Source: Azolla caroliniana (taxonomy: Eukaryota; Plantae; Polypodiophyta). From it: 64,000 nucleotides of DNA. Of the stretch, positions 49,935 through 61,352 are shown piece by piece. The notes under the pieces were generated by a model. It had not been told where the DNA came from. It worked only from the letters and a program-made list of their open reading frames with translations, and did no database searches. Location: assembly GCA_043228905.1 (NCBI GenBank), contig JBHGNT010000014.1, positions 20,708,001 to 20,772,000 on the forward strand, read 5' to 3'. Numbering within the stretch: position 1 is the first letter of the stretch; every line of letters starts with the position of its first letter. Made by a program: the position numbers and the translations under genes.

Positions 49935-52106
49935 TGAGGAAGGGACCTTAAAATTTTGCTATCTCCTGATGGGGCTGATTTGATCAGAGACATGGATGTT
50001 TGAAAGCTCAAAAGGATGTCCCATTTGGACAAGTTTTTCGGTAGGTCATTATTTGACCCCATGAGTTAAAGTCTCATACACAAGATTGTCTGGTGGACAT
50101 TGCTACCAAACCTGTTTTGTGGAAAGAGAATGAATATACGCCATAGAAGCTGGCAAAGTTCTCCCATGTATGAATTCCTTTTAACATTGATGTATTATTT
50201 TATGGTCGCTATCTAACTGTGATGACTCACTGGTCTTTCAAGTTGTTTCTTGTACCTTTATGCATATACCAGAACATGGAAATGTATTTGAGATTATATG
50301 TAATTATACATTGGATGAATATGGTTGAATAGAAGATTCAAGTTTATTGTGAAATACGTAGTTGGCCTCTTAGAATGGGTGTATCTTTTGATTTTGTAGA
50401 AGTATAGTTATTCATACAATCTATTAATGCATTCTAAGTGATGTTCATACTTCATTATTAGTGTTGTTAATTGCATGCATCATGTGAATGCATTATAATG
50501 AAATGATCAAGGTTTATTGTTATAGACACTTAGCTTGTAATGCATGCTTTAATCCTTTGGTTATAATATTAATGATTTGGTGTTGGGGAAAGGATCAAGA
50601 ATAACCCTCATGTACAGGGTCATATAAATGATATCCATCTCCAATTTCAATCATATCAAAATATATATTTTGTGAAAGTATTACCCATCAATTTGGTTTC
50701 TCTATAAATATTCCTTCCCATCAAATACACACAGCAAGCAATACTTACGAAACGGAGAAAAATAACCTACCTAGACATGGGAATTCTGAAAATACTTTGT
50801 CAATAGCACAACATTTATAACATCAAACATGAATCTACCACCACAAATACTTTGTAAATAATCATTATGCATTGATTGAGAGCAAGCCAGAAAATTAAAC
50901 CAAGATGCATAAGACAATGTAGGACCATTGTTCATAATCTCCCCAAGCTAGTTGAGTTGTGAAACTAAGCATTTGCCAAGTATCCAAATAACAATTCTAT
51001 TCCAAATTAAAGGTAGCCCATGCACTTGCTCAATACACTTCGGATGTGAAGTGAGCAAACCACTCTAACATCAATCCAAGCTTTTAAAACATAAGAAAAA
51101 AAAACCACCTCTAAGCCGAGCAAACTTCTATATAAACCAAATAATTGTAGGGCCCAAGGGCCACCATGCACAGGACCACAAGATTGTAGTCTATCATCCA
51201 TCTTTAATCTATGAACTTGAAGCAATGGTTATTTAGTTCAATTGATAAGGTTTCTACTCTTGCATTCCTTAGAAAAGAAACCATATGTCACCTCAATTGG
51301 TATTCATTGTTGCTAGAGTAGTGCTTAGGAAACATTTTTTATTTTGTGGTGGAATGGTGAAGGAATAGGATATTAACCTTTTGAGTTAATATGTCATTAA
51401 CAAATATAATAAGTAAATATCAAAGAAATGCAATTAGGTAGTTACACTCAACAAACTAGAAAATCCCATGTAGGAAGATAATATCAAAACATATGTATTT
51501 GTGTTAGTTTGTTAATGAAAATCTTATTTTGAGACCCATATAACATGTGTGAGAAAATGCCAAATTGAGCATCATATAGGCATTCTTATTAGAACTGTGT
51601 TATATCGTGTATTAAGTTTTGTATGGAAACACTTTTGTGACCATCATGAACTTCCAAACAATCAACAGTTGAATCTAATGCATGTCGTCAAACAATGGTG
51701 GAAGCTTGTCATTTGCAAACAAATGAAAGCTTTAAAATAAAATTCTGAATAAAAATTCAAGTGTTCTTTTTAGTACAATTAAGAAGTGGACAACTTTTCA
51801 AAAAATAATTGGAAACCAATTTCGAGAGAAGTATTGTAGAGAAAGACATTGGTAGTCCACAAAGTCCACAACATGTATAGTTTTATGGTTACCTATTTAG
51901 GAGGAAAGTTATAACACGATGGATAGGATGATCGTTAAAGATACCAATGAAGATGTTATGAGTGTATATTAAAACTTCAAACTCATGATAGAGATTTAAA
52001 CCCATGAACCCATTGAAAAAGATGTGTAACCTTAACCGCTAGGATAGATCATATCACACACAATGATTTCGTAACTTTCATTACATCATGACGAATATAT
52101 ATGTAA

Positions 52107-54180
52107 TGTTATCAAATGTTACCACCTTGTCCAAGCTAAGGCATGATCGCCAAGTGTCATGCTTGCTTGAATGCCAAGTGATAAGCATACATGTGTCCAA
52201 ACCATGCTATATAAGCATGTAGTCAAGTATTGGTGAGCCGTTCAAGTTCAACGCCACTCTTCTACATATTCTTGTAACCCTTGTTCTTACTTGTTAGTAC
52301 ATTATCAATCTTTCTTATTTTTCGCTTGTTCCCCTTTTCTCGTTCTCTTCTTCATTTAAATCTTGTTATTGGTTATGACCTTGACAATTTGAACATTTCT
52401 TCTTCATTCCTTTTTTTTTCGAGGAACTTCTTATTCAATATTCTCGTAGCTATGGCATCAATAAATGAGCAAGAATATATGTGTGTTTTGGGTGATCTAG
52501 AACTCTTGGCAACCAAGTTCATGATCTTGGCACAAGAGAATCAAAGGCTTCTCAGGTATTTACAACAAGTGAATGTCTATAAAGCTCATTGACATGAGGA
52601 ATTAACTAAGAGGTTTTACCAACTTGAAGTAACACTAGTAACTTTGTGGCAGCAAGCTTTGGGAGTACCAAGTTCGCCAAAAGACCATAAGATAAGTCCA
52701 CTAACAAAGTTTGATGGCAATCAATACCAATTTTCGAGGATTTCTAAACCTATTGCATTTAATATTACAAATGGATCCCACTCGGTATCCAACTAATTCA
52801 ACACGAGTAGGGTTGGTCGGGACTCTATTGACCAATATAACATTAGCTTGGTTTGCGTCATCACTTAAGAAAAGGTCCCCTATTTTGGATAATTTTGATG
52901 AATTTATGAAAGAGTTTCAAACTTGTTTTCGAGATATGGATCATGTGAGAATTGCTATCAACAATATTCGAAGGTTGTGACAAGGACATCTCCCACCCTT
53001 GGTCTATTCAACAAAATTTCACCTTTTTGCATGTGACATCCCTAAGGATGAAGAAACATCGATTTATCAATTTCGACAAGGACTTCCTAAAGATTCTAAA
53101 TCGTTTACTAAGGCAATTAGTCGAGTCATATGATACGACAACATTTATTTGAGTGTCAACAATAATCTCGACCTAGATCAAAGCAAACATATGCAACAAT
53201 GGTAATGTTACCATGATTCGGAACTATGTAGGATCCCACCCCTAACTCAATAGATGGCCCTACTCCAATGGAGATGGATACTACACATCGTTGAGAATCC
53301 TCGACAAAAACTAAAAAACAATGATATTGAGTGAAGTTTGAACCATGTACGTCGATATTGTGGAGGCCCAGGACACATAGCGATTAATTGTCCTCATTGA
53401 CCTAGACATCAATAAACTAAATACTACTACTAAATCTAATATGATTATCCAATTGCATTTAGCAATCCTACTAGCTCTACATCATCAAATAAGTTTGACG
53501 TGCTTCGCCAACTAGATGATGTTTTAAACAAGTAAATCAAGCCAAAACATGAGTCGTTTGGTTGGTTAACCAAAAATTTGTAGAGTTTCACAACCTTGAG
53601 ATTGATTGGAGAAAACAAGTTGTCCTAGAATCCCCCCAAAACACATGTCAAAATTTCTTATTGCTTCCAACTCGATTCTAAAGTGTCACATATCTCAACA
53701 ATAGATCTCTACAAAGCTTACACAATGAGGGGCATGTGATAAAAAAAACACCAACCCTAAGTCCACAAAAGTCGGTTGTCTTACTTCCAACCAAGTATAG
53801 TTTATATTCACCATTGTTTATTTGGATTATATCATGATCATTTCCAATACTCTAGAGGAGCATGATGAGTGTATTCGCCAAGATTTGTGACGATTACGAG
53901 AATATGGCATTTGTACCAAACTCAAGAAATGTAGTTTCGACCACAACCAAGTGGAATTCCATGGATGTATAATCTCATCGGAAGGAATCTCTATGGATCC
54001 TATAAAGGTGCAAACAATTTTAGAGTGGTATCTACCACTATCTATGTGTGATGTCCAATGTTCCTTGGAATTTGAATTTTTTTATCGTAATTCATTGAGA
54101 ATTAAATGAAGATGGTTTTGAGTCTTACACAATTAACATAGAAAAACCAACCATTTATATGGAATTCAAGTGCATCTAGG
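52107..54180 (+). mobile_element. Heavily decayed, internally deleted Ty3/gypsy remnant (gag + RT fragment; possible 5' LTR at about 52107-52386)
   Basis: Gag KFDGNQYQFRGFLN..LAWF..NFDEFMKEFQTCF..IRRL*QG, GPTPMEMD and zinc knuckle RYCGGPGHIAINCP (about 53350-53395). RT remnant VYLDYIMIISNTLEEH..KLKKCSF..ISMDPIKVQTILEW. Boundaries approximate. Confidence 0.75.
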
Positions 54181-54263
54181 TGTCACAAAAAGGACTTGAA
54201 TCCCCGAACTCCCATGTCATAACCTAGGATCATAGCTACATCTCAACACATCATGTGGTTATG

Positions 54264-54658
54264 TGTAAAGAATCAAGAGATGGATTCTGTGCAGCGGAAT
54301 AGATATGAACTGTGTGTGTGTATGAGAGAGAGAGAGAGAGAGTGAGAGAGAGACAAGGAGTAAGACACAGAGAATAAGCAAGGTAAAGTACATTAACAAA
54401 GGAGAAAGACTCAACATTATACAAGGTGGGAGGAGGGTGCTTTATATAGTCACCCTCTCTCTTCATTAACTACAAGACTCTTGGAGCATGGGGAATGTGA
54501 AAGCTCATAAGTTATGTGTCATAGAATATGATTCTATGACTCATACTAAATGTTAGAATACAAAGTGGTGACATAATGGTGACTCTTGACCGTTGGAGTG
54601 TCTATTCACTCTCAAGGTGAGTTCACACACTAGACCAAGTTGAGCTTGATTCTCAACA
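54264..54658 (-). repeat. 3' LTR of the outer copia (395 bp)
   Basis: TG...CA ends with a 12/14 inverted repeat; the PPT complement CGCCCCCTCAAG follows immediately. Confidence 0.75.
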
Positions 54659-55696
54659 CGCCCCCTCAAGCTCAAGTTGGGTCGGTTTCAGACGATATCC
54701 GAAATACGCTTCGACTCGCGTTCCGGAGTCTGCGTCGACTCGCATTTATGCGGAATTCCGAAATCCGTGCTCCAGCTTGTGTTGTGTGTAGTTACGAAGT
54801 ATGTGCTTCGGCTTGCGTCTTTCTTCGCGGCTTTGTGCGATAGATCAGTTCTTCGCGGGATAGATCAGTTCTTCGCGGCTTCGTTGTGCGGTTGCGGAAT
54901 CCACGACGCACGTGTTATTGCGTAGGGTCTTCAGTACTCCCCCTCAAGCTTGGCAGGTCAGGAATTGTCAATCCGAGATCGGTCATGAATTGCCATAGCT
55001 TGTTGGCTCTTAAGGCTTTAGTGAAGATGTCCGTCGTTTGAAGATTTGTGCTAATGTGTTGTAGGTCGACATCGCCAGCTAGAACGCACTCTCGGATGAA
55101 GTGATAGTGCACTTCGATGTGCTTTGTCCGCGCGTGGAACACCGGGTTCCAACCCAGATAGATACTCCTCATGTTGTCGCAGTAAAGGGAAGTTGTATCC
55201 TTGATGGGTACGCTCAGATGCTTGAGTATCCTTTTGAGCTAGACGGCTTCACATGCGGCCACTGCCGCACCCCTTTATTCCGCCTCTGTGCTCGAAAGAG
55301 CGACGGTTGGTTGTTTTTTGCTACTCCAGGATATTGCTCTGCTATCGAGGGAAAAAACAAATCCGGAGGTTGATCTTCTATCGGCTTTGTAGCCGGCCCA
55401 ATTGGTGTCTGTGTATCCCTCGAGTCGTATTGGCATCGCGGTCTTGTAGAGGGCCGCTCATGTATCGTAGAACTCGCTTAGCGCAATCCAAGTGAGTATC
55501 ACACGGTGTTTGCATGAATTGACTAAAGAGACCGACCGGATAACTAAGATCGGGCCGAGTGATCGTGAGGTAGATGAGACTCCCGATGAGTTGCCGATAC
55601 TAAGTCGGCTTGAACGCTTTGGTGCCGGAGTTCGCATCTAGTTTGAGATTGCGATCGAGCGGGGTTTCCGTGGATTTGCACTCAGCCATACCGAAC

Positions 55697-55966
55697 TGAC
55701 AGGAACACACGCTCCGGATGAACAACGCTCGGCCACAACCGAGCCTAGGATAAAACACAGAAAACGGATAATGATCGCACGACACAGTGAAGAGAAGAGT
55801 ACACAGGATGTTAACGTGGAAAACCCAAACTAGGGAAAAACCACGGCAGCCCACGGACTGCAAACTATCACTATATCAGAATGTACAATAGTAGAGCACC
55901 AAGGCGACGACCTCGAGCTTGCTATCTTCGCCACAGGCGACGGTTACAACAGAGGCAACAACCTCT

Positions 55967-56001
<35 letters not shown>

Positions 56002-56384
56002 CACAGTTACGCGCTCTAATCTTGCGCCAACAAGAATGACAATAACAACTTACTCTAAGTCTGCCCTAAGTCATATTTATACTAATATGACTTTTCGGCT
56101 ATTTACAAATATAGCCCTGATGGACTCTCAGAAAACATATTTATGAATATGTCCCTTCATCCGGTGAGCACTTCTCATCGGGTCTGCATCATCCGGCGCT
56201 TGCCGGGTACTCCTCATCTGGTTCTCACCGGGTCTTCCGTAGCCGGGTACTCCTCATCTGGTTCTCACCGGGTCTTCCGTAGCTGGGTACTCTTCATCCG
56301 GTTCTCACCGGGTCTTCCATAGCCGGGTACTCTTCATCCGGTTCTCACCAGGTCATCCCATCCGGAGGGACCTGTTTCCTAACA
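55697..56384 (-). repeat. 3' LTR of the nested copia (688 bp) with four 40-bp tandem units
   Basis: Direct repeat of 59991-60652; unit GCCGGGTACTCYTCATCYGGTTCTCACCGGGTCTTCCRTA at 56202-56353. Confidence 0.94.
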
Positions 56385-56419
56385 AACTCCCCCTTCACTC
56401 TGGCATGGGATGTCTTAGT

Positions 56420-59400
56420 AGTCCGACCCGCTTCCGACATGCATCCAGCTTGTCAGGTGTCAGTACTTTGGTCAACATATCTAACCCGTTCTCGGTCGTG
56501 TGGATCTTCGTTAGCGCGAACTCCTGGTCATCTACTCTTTCTCGGATCCAGTGATACCTATGCTGGATATGCTTCGTCCGGGAATGGTAGGCCGCATTCT
56601 TAGCAAGGTGGATGGCACTTTGAGTGTCACAATAGAGCCGAGCCGGTATTCATCTTGCCGGATACCGAGCTCTCCGATGAAGTCCTTCATCCATAATATT
56701 TCCTTGCCGGCTTCCACAACCGCCATGTACTCCGCCTCCGTGGTTGACAACGCAACCGTCTTCTGCAGCCTCGACTGCCATGAAACAACTCCCCCTGCAT
56801 ATGTCATTACATACTCGGATGTAGACCGACTGGTATCCACATCAACCGACATGTCCGAATCGGTAAAACCGTCAAGTTGAGGTTTACCGGAGCCGAATCA
56901 GAGACACATATTTGAAGTGCCCTTCAAGTACCAGAGTATCCATTTGACCGTGTTCCAGTGCTCCTTGCCAGGATTGCTCATAAACCGGCTCACCACTCCG
57001 ATTGCGTATCCTATATCCGGTCGGGTACATACCATTGCGTACATTAAGCTCCCGACGGCAGAGGCATATGGAACCTTCATCATATCCGCCTTCTCTACTT
57101 TCGTCTTCGGGCTTTGCTTACCGGATAACCTGCAGTTTGCCGGCAGTGTCGATCCGACCGGTTTCACATCTGACATGTTGAACCGTTGAAGCACCTTTGT
57201 CATGTACTTCTCTTGTGATAGCCACAATTGCTTCATTGACCGGTTTCGGATAATATGCATCCCTAACATCTGTCTTGCCGGACCCAAGTCTTTCATTGAG
57301 AAGGTCCGGTTGAGAGCCTTCTTCAGCATCCGTATTTTGGCTTGGTCCCGTCCGACGATCAACATGTCGTCGACGTACAGAAGGAGTATCAGGAAGTCGC
57401 CTCCTTCGAACTTCTTCACAAACACACAGTGATCGGCCTGCGTCTTGTGGTACCCTTGATCGGTCATGAAGGAGTCGAACTTCCGGTACCATTGTCGGGG
57501 AGCCTGCTTCAGTCCGTACAGGCTCTTCTTCAACCAGCAAACCAGTTGCTCCTTCCCTTTCTCCACGAATCTTTCCGGTTGCTGGATGTAAATCTCCTCT
57601 TCGAGGTCACCGTGAAGGAATGTCGTCTTCACATCCAACTGCTCTACCTCGAGGTCCATGCTTGCCGCTATACTCAGCATCGTCCGGATGGAGGTCATCT
57701 TTACTACCGGGGCAAATATCTCGTCGAAGTCCATGCCCTTCTTCTGCGGGAACCCCTTCACCACGATCCTGGCTTTGTATCTCGGGGGGTTGTCGGCATC
57801 TCCCGGTTTCAACTTGTACACCCACTTGTTTCGGAGTGCCCGCTTTCCTTTCGGCAACTCCACCAATTCGTACGAATGGTTCTCATGCAGGGAATCCATC
57901 TCATCCTGCATGGTAGTTAACCATTTTCGGCTGCCGGGTCTTCGGATCTAGTTTTCCTCTCCGGTCCTTAGCTACATGCACATACGCAAGACACCCGAAT
58001 ACCTTCAGATGCTGGTAGGACACTTCCTTACTGGTCCAGAGTCTCTGTGGCGTGTCTCCGTCCAAGGGTACTGAGGGTGATCTGCTTATCACATATGTCG
58101 CCGTCGACAGTGCCTCAGCCCAAAACTTCTTGGGTAGTTTTGCATGCGCCAACATACTCCGGACCCTCTCCATTATGGTCCGGTTCATCCTCTCGGCCAA
58201 CCCGTTTAGTTCCGGCGTCTTCGGCACGATAAATTTGAGCCGGATTCCCTTCGAGCGGCAGTACTCCTCGAACTGCCCCCGGTATTCAGCTTCGTTATCT
58301 ACTCGAACCGCCTTCAGCTTCCGGCCGGTTTCTCTTTCCACTCTCGCGTGGAGCTCTTTGAAGACGGGTAGCACCTGATCCTTCGTCTTCAACGGTGTGG
58401 CCCACAGCTTCCGGCTGTGGTCATCTATGAACGTCATGAAGTACTGCGATCCGGCATGTGACTTCGTGTCCACTTGACATACATCAGTATGCACCAACTC
58501 CAGTGGTGCATTACGTCTCATCAGTGGCCTCGATCGGAAGGAGGTTCGGTTTTGTTTACCGGCCAAAAAATCAGTCCACTTCTCCAAGTGCACGTTCTTC
58601 ACTGGAATGAGGTTGTGGTCTGCAAGCCTCTTCATCCCCTTCTTGCTCATGTGACACAACCTCTTGTGCCACAACTCACCGGCAGTGTCAGAAGCCATGT
58701 TCACTTCTTCTGGGCATAACCGGGCGTGTTTACCTTCCGGGCCCGAGCCACAATCAGACTCCCTTTGTTGAACTTCATAACACCGTTCCGGATGCTACCT
58801 GTGTAGCCTTCATCATCTAGCCGACCGGTTGATATCAGGTTCAGACGAACCTCCGGAACGTGTCGGACATCCTTCAACAACAGGTTGCATCCGATTGGTG
58901 TTGTCAACCACACGTCTCCTATGCCAACAATTCGGCATGTACCTTCATTCCCCATTTGGACACATCTGTGATCACCGGCTGAGTAGGATGAGAAGCATTT
59001 CCGGTCCGGGGTAAGGTGGAATGACGCTCCGGAGTCGACCACCCAGGTCCTCTCGTTGCCGGCAAGGTTTAGCTCACTCTCCTCGGTGATGAGCATCAAC
59101 TCTTCTTCACTTGCCGCGATTGCCGTCGTTCCCTTTCGGTCCTGCCCCCTCCGGTCTTTACCGTTCCGGTCCGGGGTCCGCTTCGAATCGGTACCATCAG
59201 CTTCCTTGTCTTTTCGAAAATGCCGATAGTTCTTCTGGAAGTCTCCCGGCTTGCCGCAATAGAAGCAAGTAGGCCTCCCCCTTTACTTTGACCGTGTCCC
59301 CGAGTTTTCCCGGTTCTGGGGGCTACGGTTCCTGTGTCTTCCATGTTCCGATTCGGTAAGGAGCGCTTTGGAGTCGGAGCTCGTATCCTTATCTTTCCAA

Positions 59401-59960
59401 CGTGCCTCCTCATCTAGCAAGCTCGACTTCACTCTTGCTAGGGATAACCGTTTCCCTTCCGGCCCGGCGTTGCCCAAGGTGACAACCAACGTCTCCCAGC
59501 TATCCGGGAGGGAACCGAGTAGGAGTAGCGCTAGTACCTCATCAGCGAGAGGTACTTCCAATGATGTTGCCTGGTTTATCAACCCCTGGAAGGCATTCAT
59601 GTGCTCCGCCATGCTGGAGCCATCTTGGTACCGGAGTCTTACTAGCTTCCGAAATACCGAAACTTAGTTAACAACATTTTTGTTCTGAAACATAATGCCG
59701 ATCTTTTCCCAGAGCTCATGAGCCTTGCTCTCTTCATTGAAGTTGTTGTAAAGGCTCATGTCGATGAAGCACCGTATGTACGCCGTTGTCTTCATGTGCA
59801 TCACCTCCCATATCGTGGCGTCGATTTTGTCCGGTCTCTTGTCCCCGAACTGAAAAGGCAACCAAAGATCTTTAACCACGAGCATGTCCCTCATCTTCGA
59901 CTTCCACACGGAATAGTTGGAGCCGATGAGCTTGAACATGCCTCCCAACGATTCGTCCAT
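56420..59960 (-). pseudogene. Copia gag-pol of the nested element, frameshifted and internally deleted
   Basis: ORF pieces 59664-59960, 59283-59612, 58701-59099, 57901-58704, 56898-57911 and 56532-56852 lie in different frames or are separated by stops. Confidence 0.9.
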
Positions 59961-59990
59961 ATTCTGTGTCGTTTCGCTCTGATACCACTT

Positions 59991-60652
59991 TGACAGGAAC
60001 ACACGCTCCGGATGAACAACGCTCGGCCACAACCGAGCCTAGGATAAAACATAGAAAGCGGATAATGATCGCACGACACAGTGAAGAGAAGAGTACACAG
60101 GATGTTAACGTGGAAAACCCAAACTAGGGAAAAACCACGACAGCCCACGGACTGCAAACTATCACTATATCAGAATGTACAATAGTAGAGCACCGAGGCG
60201 ACGACCTCGAGCTTGCTATCTTCGCCACAAGCGGCGGTTACAACAAAGGCAATGAGCTCTTCTGCTCTCTCTCTCTCTCTCTCTGTGTACACAATTACGC
60301 GCTCTAATCTTGCGCCAACAAGAATGACAACAACAACTTACTGTAAGTCTGCCCTAAGTCATATTTATACTAATATGACTTTTCGGCTATTTACAAATAT
60401 AGCCCCGATGGACTCTCAGAAAACATATTTACGAATATGTCCCTTCATCCGGTGAGCACTTCTCACCGGGTCGGGTACTCCTCATCTGGTTCTCACCGGG
60501 TCTTCCGTAGCCGGGTATTCCTCATCCGGTTCTCACCGGGTTTTCCGTAGCCGGGTACTCTTCATCCAGTTCTCAGTGGGTCTTCCATAGCCGGGTACTC
60601 TTCATCCGGTTCTCACTGGGGCATCCCATCCGGAGGGATTTGTTTCCTAACA
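59991..60652 (-). repeat. 5' LTR of the nested copia (662 bp)
   Basis: Direct repeat of 55697-56384; adjacent tRNA-Met PBS. Confidence 0.94.
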
Positions 60653-60710
60653 TGAACTTGTATAACAAGTTGAGGATGTAGTGCCGTTAAGAGATCATGA
60701 TTCCGGTCGT

Positions 60711-61283
60711 TGTCCTGAAGAAAACCGACCATAGGCGGAATTGGACGAAAAGGCACATGAACCGGCTCTTACACGGCTGGATGCGGGAATTGATATTTTG
60801 ATAAGGATTCATAAATGGATCGACTGATGTAAATACTAAGTAGTACACAGTTATTAGGGGGATTGTGCGTATCTCTGTCAGAAGGGACAGGGAATAAAGC
60901 GATTTGACTAGGGAAAAAGGGGCACCCCTATTTTGGGAACTATTTAAGGAGAGGAGAGAAGGAAGAGTGGGTGTCGCGTGTTAAGGAGGACGAAATGCTG
61001 CAGGACCGAGGGCCGATCTCTCTCTCCTCCTCCGACCGTCATTCTTTGTGGGTGCTTGGGAGTTAGACGCCTCTGCTTCGTGGGTAGCCCGTGCGCTGCC
61101 AGCAGAGGCCTTTCCTTCTGCGTTTCTCTGGGTCCAGTGTTTTCCGCCTGTGTGCGTGAGTAGGGTCCCCATGTTGGGCCCATCGCCGCCTTGACGGTTG
61201 TAACTGTCGGGGTTTGTAATCTCTTGTTATTGTAATCAAGTGTTTCGTTCTATATATCTCCTTCTCGCTTCTGCGTGTCTGTG

Positions 61284-61320
<37 letters not shown>

Positions 61321-61352
61321 CCTTGGTCCAAGACCCCCGTGGTCCCGTCCCA
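60711..61352 (+). mobile_element. Unrelated LTR-like segment replacing the integrase and most of the RT of the outer copia
   Basis: Starts TG and ends CA, with TATA-like CTATTTAAG at about 60940, TGTAA-rich and (CT)n 3' part. Outer copia coding stops on both sides (KNVLH at 61352; TGIMIS at about 60710). No matching TSD. Confidence 0.5.

Larger units (their letters stand above)
55697..60652 (-). mobile_element. Tnt1/Tork-like Ty1/copia LTR retrotransposon nested in the RT of the outer copia
   Basis: LTRs at 55697-56384 and 59991-60652 (TG..CA). PBS TGGTATCAGAGC (59976-59987). PPT AAGGGGGAGTT (56385-56395). TSD CGAAC/TGAAC. Domain order gag, PR (WVVDSGAS), INT (WHKRLCHMS, LELVHTDVC), RT (YVDDML), RH (VALSTTEAEY). 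Confidence 0.96.

Noticed and set aside
57118-58719. Numerous antisense and alternate-frame ORFs over the copia pol
   Set aside because: Shadow ORFs of GC-rich retroelement coding sequence.
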